Positions 8,712 to 21,300 of a DNA stretch of 64,000 bases are shown piece by piece. The number at the start of each line of letters is the position of its first letter. Position 1 is the first letter of the stretch. Source of the DNA: Bacteroidales bacterium. Its GTDB lineage: Bacteria; Bacteroidota; Bacteroidia; Bacteroidales; NBLH01. Under the pieces are notes generated by a model. The model was not told the DNA's origin. It saw nothing but the letters and a program-made list of their open reading frames with translations, and searched no databases. Where the stretch lies: the NCBI GenBank assembly GCA_016937695.1, contig JAFGWC010000123.1, positions 3,286 to 67,285 of the forward strand, read 5' to 3'. A program made the translations under genes and the position numbers.

Positions 8712-9344
8712 CTATTTCGGAATCTCTATTTTTTTCACAAACTGTCCTTCGTTATTTTGTATAAAACCTATTTTTTTTAAATATTTAATGTGTTTTTCAT
8801 TATTTGCTTCGGCAAGTGCATTTGTAAAACCTTTTTCAATAAAATTATTTCTTAATCTGTGATATATAAATCGTCCGTTTTTATAATCGCGATATTCAGG
8901 CACAACATAATCTAAACCAACTTTTAAAACATCTTCGCCTTCTTTATGAGCTAAAAATATTCCTGCAACGGCCATGTTTCTTAAAACAAAAAAACTTACA
9001 CTATTCATTTCTGCTTTATATTCAAAGCCCGGAAAATATTTTTGTATTTCATTATCATGAAATTTTAAAAATTTCAAAAGATATTTATTATCGCCTCTAA
9101 CTTCCAGAATATCAAATACTTCTGTTTTTGAATATATCCTGTAAAGATAAAAAATATCAACCGAAACTATAAATCCGTTTAAAATGCCAACAGGCAAAGC
9201 ACCAATTAAAAATCCGTAAATCGAAAATGTTAATGCGCCGGCCATATTAATCCATCTGAATTTTACTATTGAATTAATCGACATTGACAATGCAATAATA
9301 ATTGATGCAATAAACCCAATTATTGCTAAAATATCTGTTCCCAT
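8712..9344 (-). CDS. Hypothetical membrane protein: 3 TM segments plus a cytoplasmic GNAT-like domain
   Basis: The N-terminal ~70 aa are hydrophobic ('ILAIIGFIASIIIAL', 'MAGALTFSIYGFLIG', 'ILNGFIVSVDIFYLY'). The C-terminal ~140 aa resemble an acetyltransferase fold ('VAGIFLAHKEGEDVLKVGLDYVVPEYRDYKNGRFIY...KIGF'). The stop lies 14 nt before the hydantoinase start. The function call is weak. Confidence 0.55.
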   Translation of the reverse strand: MGTDILAIIGFIASIIIALSMSINSIVKFRWINMAGALTFSIYGFLIGALPVGILNGFIVSVDIFYLYRIYSKTEVFDILEVRGDNKYLLKFLKFHDNEIQKYFPGFEYKAEMNSVSFFVLRNMAVAGIFLAHKEGEDVLKVGLDYVVPEYRDYKNGRFIYHRLRNNFIEKGFTNALAEANNEKHIKYLKKIGFIQNNEGQFVKKIEIPK

Positions 9345-9649
9345 AATTATTTTATTTTTGATTTAAAAAAAAGAGCACGAAAATACAATTATCAAGTCAA
9401 AACTCACAATTTATTATAAGTTTAATTTTTAAAATAAATTGTGAATATCTAATTATAATATTTTTTCTATTTTCTTACACTTTTAGAACAAAGTATAATT
9501 ATATTTGTAAACTATTATTAAAAATCTAAAAAAATATTTCTTAAAGTTATAAAGTTTATAAAAAATTAAATACAAAAGTCTAATAAAATTACAAACGATA
9601 ATAAATTAACTTTTTAACTTTCAAGTTTTTAACATTCAACGTTTTTTCT

Positions 9650-10579
9650 ATGTTTTTAAATTTATTTGGTAATAATTCTAATCTTTCAAAACTGTTTGTT
9701 GCTTTATTTATTATTGTTATTAGTTTTTTAATTATAATGATAATAGGAACTTTAATAGCAATTCCAATATTTAACGTAAACTTTGAATCTCTCACAAATC
9801 CAGATATTACTGATTATCAACACATTAACCTTTTTAAATTCCTTCAATCGATATATTCTATCGGAATTTTTATTGTTCCGCCAATTATTCTAGCAATACT
9901 TTTCAGTGATAATCCAAAAAAATATTTGTATTTGAATAAATTACCTTTTTTATTATCTGCTGTAAGTGTTAGTTTTATTGTAATTTTCTCTATTCCAATA
10001 ATAAATTTTTTAGCCGAATTAAATTCAAATATGCATTTTCCCGAAAGTTTTTCAAGTATTGAAAAAATTATGAAAGACATGGAAAATGAAGCGGAAAGAA
10101 TAACAGTTGCTTTTTTAAAAACAAACGGAATTTCCGGATTTATTATAAATATTATTGTAATTGCATTAATTCCGGCAATTGGCGAAGAATTATTGTTCAG
10201 AGGTATTTTTCAAAAACTTTTTACAGATTGGACTAAAAATTCTCATTCGGGAGTTTGGATTGCTGCATTTTTATTTAGCGCAATGCATTTTCAATTTTAC
10301 GGATTTCTGCCAAGATTATTAATTGGCGTATTTTTAGGATATACTTTAGTTTTATCCAAAAATTTATGGTTGCCTATTATTGCCCATTTTGTAAACAATG
10401 CATTTGCAGTTTCAAGCTATTTTTTATCAAACAAAGAAATAATTGACCAAAGCACCGAAACAATTGGAACAGGACAAAATTCAATAGTCATTTTAACTAT
10501 TAGTATAATACTGGTATTCAGTCTAATATATATCTTTTATAGAAACGAAAAAGAAAAATCTGCAATAAATCAAATTTAA
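9650..10579 (+). CDS. CPBP-family intramembrane glutamic endopeptidase (CAAX protease-like)
   Basis: Polytopic membrane protein with the CPBP motifs 'GEELLFRG', 'FSAMHF' and 'IIAHFVNN'. Confidence 0.85.
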   Translation: MFLNLFGNNSNLSKLFVALFIIVISFLIIMIIGTLIAIPIFNVNFESLTNPDITDYQHINLFKFLQSIYSIGIFIVPPIILAILFSDNPKKYLYLNKLPFLLSAVSVSFIVIFSIPIINFLAELNSNMHFPESFSSIEKIMKDMENEAERITVAFLKTNGISGFIINIIVIALIPAIGEELLFRGIFQKLFTDWTKNSHSGVWIAAFLFSAMHFQFYGFLPRLLIGVFLGYTLVLSKNLWLPIIAHFVNNAFAVSSYFLSNKEIIDQSTETIGTGQNSIVILTISIILVFSLIYIFYRNEKEKSAINQI

Positions 10580-10593
10580 AATTTCACTGAAAT

Positions 10594-12045
10594 TTATTGT
10601 TCTTTTTTACTATCCTTAAACCTTCTTATTTTAATATTAAAATAGGCAAAAATAACAGTCATTACCGGACTAATTAAATTAAAAAAAGCAAAAGGTAAAT
10701 ATTCAATTGTTGGCACACCAAGAACTCTTGCTTGTGTTGCTCCACCAGTATTCCAAGGAATTAATACTGATGTTACAGTTCCGGAATCTTCCAAAGTCCG
10801 GCTTAAAACTTCAGGCATTAAACCTCTTTTTGCAAAAGCTTCTTTATACATTTTTCCGGGAACAACTATTGATATATATTGATCTGAAGCAGTAACATTA
10901 AAAAATATGCAAGATGCTGCTGTTGAGGCAATTAGCGAAGCATCAGAACGAACAAGTTTAATTATCGATTCTGTTATTTTAATTAACATTCCATTTGCTT
11001 CCATAACTCCTCCAAAAATCATAGCAGACAAAATTAGCCAAATTGTATGTAACATTCCAGACATACCTGTTGTTGAAAACAAATCATTAATTTCAACATC
11101 TTTTGTTATAATTGATACTTCACCATACATTGCTCTCATAACACCAATATATGAAGCTTTTCCATAACTATTTGTAATTCCGGTAATTCCCTCAATAATT
11201 TGTGGCTGAAAAACAACTGCAAAAACACCACCCAAAAAAACGCCAAATGCTAATGCCGGTAATGGTGCTACTTTTTTCACAATAACAAAAAACAAAAGTG
11301 CAGGAACTAAAAACAACCATGGACTTATATAAAAAGCATCATAAATAGCTGCTTGTACATTATCTATTTTACTTACAGTATTTGCAAAATCATAATTAAA
11401 TCCGATAACAAGAAAAATTATTAAAGTTATTGACATTGATGGAATTGTTGTATAAAGCATATACTTAATATGAGTAAACAAATCAGTACCTGCCATTGCC
11501 GGAGCCAAATTAGTTGTATCAGACAAAGGCGACATTTTATCCCCAAAATAAGCACCGGAAACAATTGCACCTGCAATTATAGGTTTATCAATTCCCATAG
11601 CATCACCAATTCCTAATAAAGCAACACCAATTGTTGCAATTGTAGACCAAGAACTCCCGGTTGCTAAAGATACAACCATGCTTATTACAACTGCTGCAAA
11701 TAAAAATATATTAGGATGTAAAATATCTAAACCATAATAAATTAATGCTGGAACAACTCCACTTATAAGCCAAGTACCTGATAATGCACCAATTAACAAT
11801 AAAATTAATATTGCCGGCATTGCAGAATCAATTGTTTTTACAATTTGAGAACGAATATGAATCCAACTGTAGCCAAGTCGTCCACCAATACCTGCAGCTA
11901 ATGCAGCTGCTGTTAATAATGCAATTTGATTTGCGCCTTCTAATGTATCCTCAAAAAGCATTACATTAAAAGATAATAAAACAATTAGAAAACTAATTGG
12001 TATTATAGATTCAATTAAGCTTGGTTTCTTTATTAATTTTCTCAT
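10594..12045 (-). CDS. nhaC: Na+/H+ antiporter, NhaC family
   Basis: 483-aa polytopic protein with NhaC-like blocks 'SGTWLISGVVPALIYYGL', 'GDKMSPLSDTTNLAP' and 'LEDSGTVTSVLIPWNTGG'. Confidence 0.8.
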   Translation of the reverse strand: MRKLIKKPSLIESIIPISFLIVLLSFNVMLFEDTLEGANQIALLTAAALAAGIGGRLGYSWIHIRSQIVKTIDSAMPAILILLLIGALSGTWLISGVVPALIYYGLDILHPNIFLFAAVVISMVVSLATGSSWSTIATIGVALLGIGDAMGIDKPIIAGAIVSGAYFGDKMSPLSDTTNLAPAMAGTDLFTHIKYMLYTTIPSMSITLIIFLVIGFNYDFANTVSKIDNVQAAIYDAFYISPWLFLVPALLFFVIVKKVAPLPALAFGVFLGGVFAVVFQPQIIEGITGITNSYGKASYIGVMRAMYGEVSIITKDVEINDLFSTTGMSGMLHTIWLILSAMIFGGVMEANGMLIKITESIIKLVRSDASLIASTAASCIFFNVTASDQYISIVVPGKMYKEAFAKRGLMPEVLSRTLEDSGTVTSVLIPWNTGGATQARVLGVPTIEYLPFAFFNLISPVMTVIFAYFNIKIRRFKDSKKEQ

Positions 12046-12326
12046 ATATTTATAAAAAGATAATAGATTTTTAAGTTTAAAAACTGCAGCAAGTTAAACA
12101 AATCGATTAAAACTACAATACTATTTTTTTGGATTAATTTTTGAAAGTATTTTAAGTAATATTTTACATTAATATGCTCTTAATTGAGTGTTTTACATTT
12201 TATTTTATATTACTTATCAATAATTATCTATGATTAATCAAATTTTATAAAATAAAATAAATATATGGAAACTTTTTTTACTATTTTACGTAAACCAAAA
12301 TAAGTATTAATAAATGGCTAAATATC

Positions 12327-15300
12327 ATGAGAAATAAATTTGTCACTCTCCTTATTCTAATCTTATTTTCACAAAAATTTTATTTAAATGCCCAAATCGG
12401 CCCAGGCGGTGTAGGTAATTCAGATGGTACAAGCAGTCAACCACATAACGAGGTTTGGTTTGATGCAAGTTCACTTTCATTTTCAGATACAGATCCTGTT
12501 ACTGATTGGACTGATGTTTCAGGTAACGACAATAACGGAACACAGGGAACAGCAGGAAGTCAACCAACTTTCAGAACAGGGCAAATTAATAGCTTTCCGG
12601 CTGTAATTTTCGACGGAACAGACGATTTTATACCATTTGACGGTTCTGTACTTGCAGGAAAAGATTATACTGTAATTTTTGTTGGACAAAGACGCACATC
12701 TAATTATTTTAAAGTTATAATGGGTGGGACAAATACTGGTCAAAACAATAATTTGCATTTATTTTGGTACAATAACGCACAATTTAGAGCTCATCATTAC
12801 AGTAATGATTTACAAACTAATATGATACCTAATACTGAATCAAACTCTAGTGGTACAGATGCAAACGAGTTTGGAATTTTCTCGACAAGATTAGGCTCAA
12901 CAGAAGCAGACCCTTTTCGGAAAAACTATCAAAACAATCATTATATTCCTGATGCTGATGGTTCTTTTACAAATAGCAGTCAACTAAATAGTTGGAACGG
13001 AGCAGCACTTTCAAGAGCAATTTTTGGTACAACTGAATATTATGCAGATAATGATATTGCAGAAGTTATTATTTATTCCACTGCAATTAACGCAGCTCAG
13101 TTAGAAATTGTTCATAATTACCTTAGTGAAAAATATAATATAACTATTGATAATGATAGATATACAGCAGCAACTGGTTGTATTTATGATGTTGCAGGTA
13201 TTGGAATGTTAAATAATGATAAACATTCACGTTCTTCTTCTGCAGGTTTATACTTATATGAAGACAACGGCTCATTTGACAATGGTGAATTTGTTTTTTT
13301 CAGTCATAATAATGCAACAAATGATGTTGCATCTATACAAACTGGCTCTAATGTTACAAATTGTGGTGCAGAAGCAGCATGGAACAGAAATTGGTATCTA
13401 GCAAAAAATGGTGTTATAAGTGTTGAAACAAAACTTATTTTTGATTTCCCTGAAGCATTAACAGGAGGGCAATATCCAAAAACACCTGCAAATTACGTGC
13501 TTCTTTATAAAGCAATAGCAGGCGCAGATTATAGTGTTGTTACAGTAAGTGCTCAAGGATTAGAAGCTGCCGACCAAGTATATTTTGATGTGGCAAATGC
13601 TAACTTAAACGATGGCTTTTACACAATTGGAACAAATGATCAAACAAATAGTCCGGTTGAAGGTGTTTCTTCAAGAACTTGGTATGCTTTAATTTCCGGA
13701 GATTGGGATAACTGGGAAGTATGGACACTAGACCCATCAGGAAATTTACCTGACAACCCTTCTCACGAATTACCTTCTGATAACAGTAGCGATAAAGTTG
13801 TTATTCATTCAGGAAAAACAGTTACAATTCCTGCAGCACATGCAAAAATAACAAATTCAAGTTTAACAGTTGATGGGCGTATAGATTTTACTACTAATAC
13901 TACAATTCATGATTTTGGTGAAATACGTGGTAACGGACGTATTTTATTAGCCGCTGATAATTTTCCTGATGGAGATGCAACTCACTTTTTCACAAAAGGA
14001 CAAGGAGAAGGAACAGTTTATTATTATGGATCAAATTATAATTTATCTACAGCAAGAGAATTTTACAATGTTGTTGTAGATTTAGATGTTTCTACAAACA
14101 TAATTACTCAGTTGGCAAATTATGATATTAACGGTGATTTTACAGTTACTTCTGGTATTTGGCAAATAAACGATAATGCTGCAACTACTATTTTAGATTT
14201 AGATGTTGACAACGATGTATTAATGGAATCAAATGGACAAATTACAGTTGGAACAGGCAATACTATCGGCTCATTTTCAATACCAGGAACAATGCCAACA
14301 TCAGGGAATTATCATAAAATTTATCATCAATTTAAAATTGGAGGTAACTTAACAAATAATGGAACTTTTAGAATGACTAACCAAACAGATCCAATATACA
14401 ATCAATTTACAAGTACTGGTGCTGTTACTGTTATTTTCAATAATCCTGCAAATAAAACTGCTTTATTAAACAACACTTCAGATTTTTATAACTTAATTGT
14501 TGATAAGGGAACTGATAAAACTTACATTTTAACCATAAATTCATCTAACATAAATAACTTTGTATTATATGGGCCAAACAATGTAGGCAGAAATGAAAGC
14601 TCACCTTTCTCTTCATCTAACCCTGAAATAAGAAAAGCACTTTGGATTCACCACGGAACTCTAAAACTAACAGGGAGCATTAACATACCAACACTTTCAG
14701 AAGGCTCGCAAGTTGGTGGGAATGGCGATTATGCAATAGGTGCTTATGCTAGTTTATGGATTGCAGGCAGTTCTGTGAATGTTTATTCTACTGCAAGTGA
14801 TAATTCAAGTTCAGGTAATACCCAAGTTAGAGATGGTTCAGGCTCATCTGTTACAACATCAACTACAAATCAAGCAATGTCCGTATACGGAAAGTTCAGA
14901 ATATCAGATGGTTTTTTTGGAACTAGAAATAGCGCAGGGTTTATTTTTTGGAGTGCCGCAGATGCTCAAATTTATATTGAAGGAGGACTTACTGATGTTG
15001 CTCAAATGAGAGGTGCCACAACAACAGGAGTTGCATCATATGTACAAACAGGAGGGATTTTAAGAGCGAGAGGAAATGAAACTGAAGCCGGAGAATATGC
15101 AGGTGCATATCCACTATTTGGGTTAGAAGGAGCAGATGCCGTTTTTCAAATGTCTGGCGGTGAAATTATTTTAAGAGATGAAGATAATGACAGAGATCCG
15201 GAGTTTTCAATCGAATCAGCAATTGGAAATTATCTTGTGACAGGAGGTAAAATAACAATTGATTTAAAAAACCTTGGTACTGCTGATACTATTCAAATTT

Positions 15301-18300
15301 CATCAACGGCAAACCTTTGGGACTTAGAAATTAAAAACCATGATAATGCGGGTATTATGACAGTTGCTCTTGAGCATGATTTAACTGTTTCTCACGATTT
15401 AACTTTAAATGCATACACAGGGCTTGATGTCAGAAATCCTTTAGATGGTGTAACCGACCACAATTTAACCATAGGCAGAAACTTTTCAATTCTTGAAGAT
15501 GGAACGACAAAAAATATTGGAATATATAATTATAGACAGAATACAACAACCTTTAATGGTACTGTAGACGGCGAATTTTATATTGGATGGAATCATGATG
15601 ACGATTATGAGCAAAAACTTTGGAACTTAACAGTAAATAAAACAGCTGGAAAACAAATTACAGTTATTGGAGATACTGAAAAAGATCCTGATAATGTTTC
15701 GGCAGAGCATTATAACCGACTTGTTCAAGTTGTAAATGACGCAAATATAATAAGCGGCATTTTAAATCAAGGACGACAAAGCATAAGACTTTTTGCAGGA
15801 ATAAATATATTAAAAAATGGACAACTTGGTACTTATGAAAATGGTACCACACCTAGAACAGCTTACATAATGTTTAGAGACGGTGATTTAACTATTTATT
15901 CTGATAAAGATGTTACTTTTGGAAATATAAAGTTCAATTCTACAGGAACTGTTACATTCACAAGTGATACATATATAAAAAGAATTGGATATTATCTTGG
16001 ATTATATAATATTGGTTCATATAATTTAAAAGTGGATTATTTACATAGGAATTCTACTACAACAAATTTTTCTGTTAATAACGGAAACTTCGGAAAGATG
16101 ATATATAGTGATGGACATGCATCTGACGGCGGTTTGTCAATTTTGATAACCGAAAATACAACATATTCCTTTCCAATTGGAACAGCAACAAAATATACAC
16201 CAGCAGAAGTAATAATAACAGATTATTATGATGATGGCTATTTAACGATAAGACCTGTTGATAATGAACTAAAGACTACTAATTTAACAGGTGGCGATTT
16301 GCTTGATTATTATTGGCGTGTTGGTTACGAAGGTTTTACAACTAATCCTACTGTTCAATATGAGTTCAAATATGATGATTCTGATATAGTTGGAACAGAA
16401 TCAAACTATGTTGCAGGTAAAGTTTTAGACGGAAGTGGCTATATACGTTCAGACGAAGGAAACCCACCTGATAACGTGGACGATGCTAACAATACTATTA
16501 CTTTTAACAACGAAGGAACTGGTGGATTCACACTTGAAAATGCAAATTACACCGCAGGTGATCCTAATAGGTTTATTGGAACTCCAGACGAATTTCATGC
16601 TAACTCTTCTTATGTTTCTTGGAATACTCCAAGTGCATGGTTAGAAAATCAAGTGCCAACAGAAGGAAGTATTGTATATATTACAGATGGAAGAAGAATG
16701 AGTGGACCAACAACTGATGTTGGTTATCAAGCTCCTGCTGAAACAATTTTAAGTGGAACAGATGCTCGTGTTCAATATTATAACTCTGGAACTTATGATC
16801 TTGGAGTAGTAAAAGGTTATGGTATTATTTCATTTAAGTTACCGGAAGATGCAACGGTTAATGGAGATTTTGCTGATTTTGCCTCGGATTCCAGATCAAG
16901 ATATTTATTTTTTGCCTCAAATACATCAACATACACACTTAATCATATACCACAACCAGCACCTTCTATTTCATTAGAAACAGCAAATTGGATTATTGAC
17001 CAAAACAATTTGGTTTTGAATTATGATTTTTCTTGTGGTTATAATCATAGTAATGTTACTGTCGTTAAAGATGTTTTAATAAAACGAAATTTAAATATAA
17101 GTGACTATGATAGAGGAAGTTTCCGCTTTCCTGGTAGTGGCAACTCTGTAATAGTAACTGTTGAAGGTAATGTTAATGTTGGAGATAATATTGAGGTTAT
17201 TAATCCAGGTTCTGCAAGCACATTAGAACACAAATTAATAGTTAAAGGGAACATCTCTATTACAGAAAATAATATAGATTTATTTAATGCTTCAGATAGA
17301 CCTTATGTTATTCTCGAACTTCAAGGAGAAACAGATAACAGTTACACCAATTCAGCAGGAACAATTATCGATTTATATAGAGTTGTTCTAAACAAAGGTA
17401 CATCACAAACAAATAAATTTACTTTTTCGGATGATTTTAATCTAAATGGCCCAACCTCAGGTTCAGGTGTAGATAAAGCCCTCGAATTGCAAAACGGAAC
17501 TTTAATATTAAACGATGCAGCTATTAATATTGATTTAAATAGTGGAGATGATGATTTTAAAATACCATCTACAGCTTGCCTTGAAGTTGCAAGTGGCGAA
17601 GTAAATGTTTATGGCGACAATACAGGTATATCTCTTGATGGAAAATTAATTGTTTCAGGAGGAACTGTTGATATGGTAAATGGTGCCGGAAATGGTAATA
17701 ATTATATACAATATAGTTCAAGTGGTTCAGCTACTATTAGCGTTAGTTCAGGATATCTTAGTGTTGGCTCTCAAATAAGAAGAGGACTAAATTCTGAAGA
17801 AGGCGTTTTAAAATGGACACAGACCGGAGGATCAGTTGTGGTTGGAGAAAATTCAGCACCTGAAAACACACGTGGTGTGTTTGAAATTTTAAACACAGGT
17901 AGTAGTTTTACACATTCTGGTGGTGATTTTACTATTGTTAGGGCACAAACAAACCCTTCTTTTGCAGCTTTTTATTTCGATCCTGAAACTGTAAACTTAA
18001 CTTCTGGAACAGAAATTACAATTGGTAATGCAAATACTCCAGCTTCGCAAAATATTGGAATGTATATAAATAAACCTTTAAAAAATTTAGTAATTGCAGG
18101 TTCAAACAATCCTGTAACTACACTTTGGACAGTTCCTATAACTGTTGAAGAAGATTTTACAATTGGAATCAATACAGAATTTGATGCAAACGGTTTACAA
18201 ATTAATATGCAAGGTAATTTTATAAATAATGGAACATATACACATAATAATAACCTTGTTTTATTTAATGCTAGTACGGCACAAGAAATTCAAGGAAACT

Positions 18301-21300
18301 CTGCAACAACATTCTATCAACTTACAAAATCAACTGCAAACACACTAACATTGCAGAATGATATTCAAATTGACGATGATTTAAGAATTGAAGCAGGAAC
18401 GCTTGCTGATAATAGCAATGATATAACTTTACTTGGAGATATTTATAATGTTGGAACACATACTTATGGTGGAACAGGAGATGGAATTACATTTGCAGGA
18501 TCAGCTCAACAAGCTCTTGATGGAAATGGTGGAGTTTACGGTAAACTTACCGTGAATAATTATGACGCTTATAATCCAAGTGGTGTTAAACTTACAACTT
18601 CTGCAGATGAAATAATTATTACTAATTCTTTAAAATTAGAACAAGGTTTATTTGATATTGGAGAAAACTTATTAACAATGCAACTTGGTGCATCATTTAT
18701 TGAACAAAATCCATTTTCTGAAACAAACATGGTTCAAACTAATAAATCCTTTACCGACAGTGGAATTAAAAAATATTTTCCAAGTGGTACAGGTAGTTTT
18801 ATTTATCCTATTGGTTCCGGAGGCAAATATACTCCAATAAATATAATTGTTTCTCAAAATACAAGTACAACAGGTTATTTAATTGTAAAAGCAGCAGATG
18901 AATTTCATTCAACTATAACAGAAGATGCAGAAGCACCTGATGATTATGAAATTGTTGATGATGAAAATGTTTTGCAATATTATTGGAGCTTAAAAGCTGC
19001 TAATTTTACTGATGCGTCCGGTACAGTAGAAATGTATTATAAAGACGAAGATGTCATGATTACTAATGCAAACGGTTCTACTTATGATGTTACAGATTAT
19101 ATTACAGCAAGACTTTTATCTGATGGTAGCGGAACTTGGAATAAATATGACTGGGACGATTTTGATGAAGCAAATAATAAATTAATTTTTTATTTTGCTG
19201 ATGTTACTGAAAATGAAATTAGTGGAGATTATACCGCTGGTATACAGCCAAATACAGCGACAAGGAAAGGTGCAATTCCAAACCAAGTTCCAGGTTTTAT
19301 TTCAGTCACTAGTGGGGATTGGACAACAACTACAACATGGCAAACATACCCTGCTCTTGAAGGAGCTGGCGTAAATGTTCCTGCAGGAGGTCCAAGAGGA
19401 GCTATAGTGATAATTGATGCTGGCGATGATGTTGTAATTGATCAAAACTATATTACTTCATATTCTACTGAAGTAAATGGATCTCTTGCTCAAGAAGATA
19501 AATTTGGTAACAGACTTGGTATTGTAACAGGTACAGGTACAATTTTAACTGAAACAGGTTTACTACCTGCCGGATATTACGAAGAATTTCTTTCTGCATC
19601 AGGAGGTACAATTGATTATACAGGTACTGTTGATGTTGATATCCTTAATAATATTACAAGCTTAAATAATTTAAGATTAAGTGGTACAGGAGAAAGGCGT
19701 ATGCCTAATGTTGACTTTACTGTGCTTGGAAATTTAATAATTGCTGGTTCTGGGTCAACATTAGACTTTAAAAATGAACATTTTCAGAAAATGACTGTTA
19801 ATGGTGATATAATATTTATCGGAGGTACATTTACTGCCGGAACTGGTGCAAACTCAATAGTAGAAATGGGCGGTGATTCTCAGCAAACCATAACAGGCAA
19901 TTTTACTGAAGCAAACAATAATTCTGCTTTTAATCATTTTGAAATGAGTAATGCTTCTGGGATTATCTTATCTGATGATATTGAAATTAGAAATGATTTA
20001 TATTTCAATCTAGGTTCAATTATTTCAACAACAACTAATACAATTACTTTATTAAGTAGTGCAACTGATGTTGTTGATGGCGCAGGTATTGGTAAATTTG
20101 TTGATGGCCCTTTATATAAATATATCAATAACGGAAGCTCATTTACTTTCCCTGTTGGCGATAACACCAGATATGGAGAATTAAATATTACAAGCACAGT
20201 TACAAGCACAAGTCCAGATATTTGGGAGATTGAATATTATAACCATAATCCTAATTTTGATGGCTTTGACCCAGCATTATTTAATAGTCCATTGCAAGTT
20301 GTAAGTAGTAATGAATATTGGAGAATTAAAGCTCCGGCAAATGCAATTGCGAAAGTTGGTGTTAGATGGGATGACAATAGTGGAATGACCACAGATGCGA
20401 CTAATAGGAATAGTATGAGAATTACTGAATGGCGTGATTTGGGAACAATAGGTGTTACGACAGATGATAAATGGGAAGAAGTTGATGCAAGTAATTTGAT
20501 TACTGGGACTCAATCTGCAGGTACTGTAACACAAAATGCAAATTCAACTACTTTTAATGAATTTGCAAATGGAAATTATTTTACACTAAGTACAACATAC
20601 ACCCCTACAACATTAACATGGGATGGTTCAACATCAATTGCATGGAATGAAACTACAAACTGGAATAATAATATAGTACCTACATCTGTAGATAATATTA
20701 TAATTCCAAATACAGGTGTAACAAATGAGCCAACAATTGTTGATGGAGTTAATGCAGTTTGTAGTGCAATGGATTTACAATCAGACAGAACATTAACTAT
20801 AAATCCGACTGCTTCGCTCACATTAAGTGGTGCTTTAACTATGGATGGTGATATTACCTTAAAATCCAATTCTTTAGGAACTGGAACTTTAATTGATAAT
20901 GGGGATATCAGCGGTGGCGGAATAGCTACAGTTGAACGATTCTTAACAGGTGGTAATTTTCATTATATTTCAGCCCCTTTAGCAACTGTTCCTAATATAA
21001 CTTTTTACAGAATAATGCCCGGCGAAACAGGAGTAAACAATAATTATTATTTATATGATGAAACAAATACTAATGCAAATTGGGCTTATGGATGGACTCC
21101 GGTAACAAGTGGTAATATGACAGTTTCAAGAGGTTATGCTTTTTATTACACAAAAGACTGGACTTTTAATTTAACAGGTGGTTCATTTAATACAGGAACA
21201 AAAACTTATGCTGTTACAAATCAAGGTTCAGGTGTTGATTCTGACGGTTGGAATCTTATTGGTAATCCTTATCCTTCTGCAATTAGTGCTGATGAATTTA

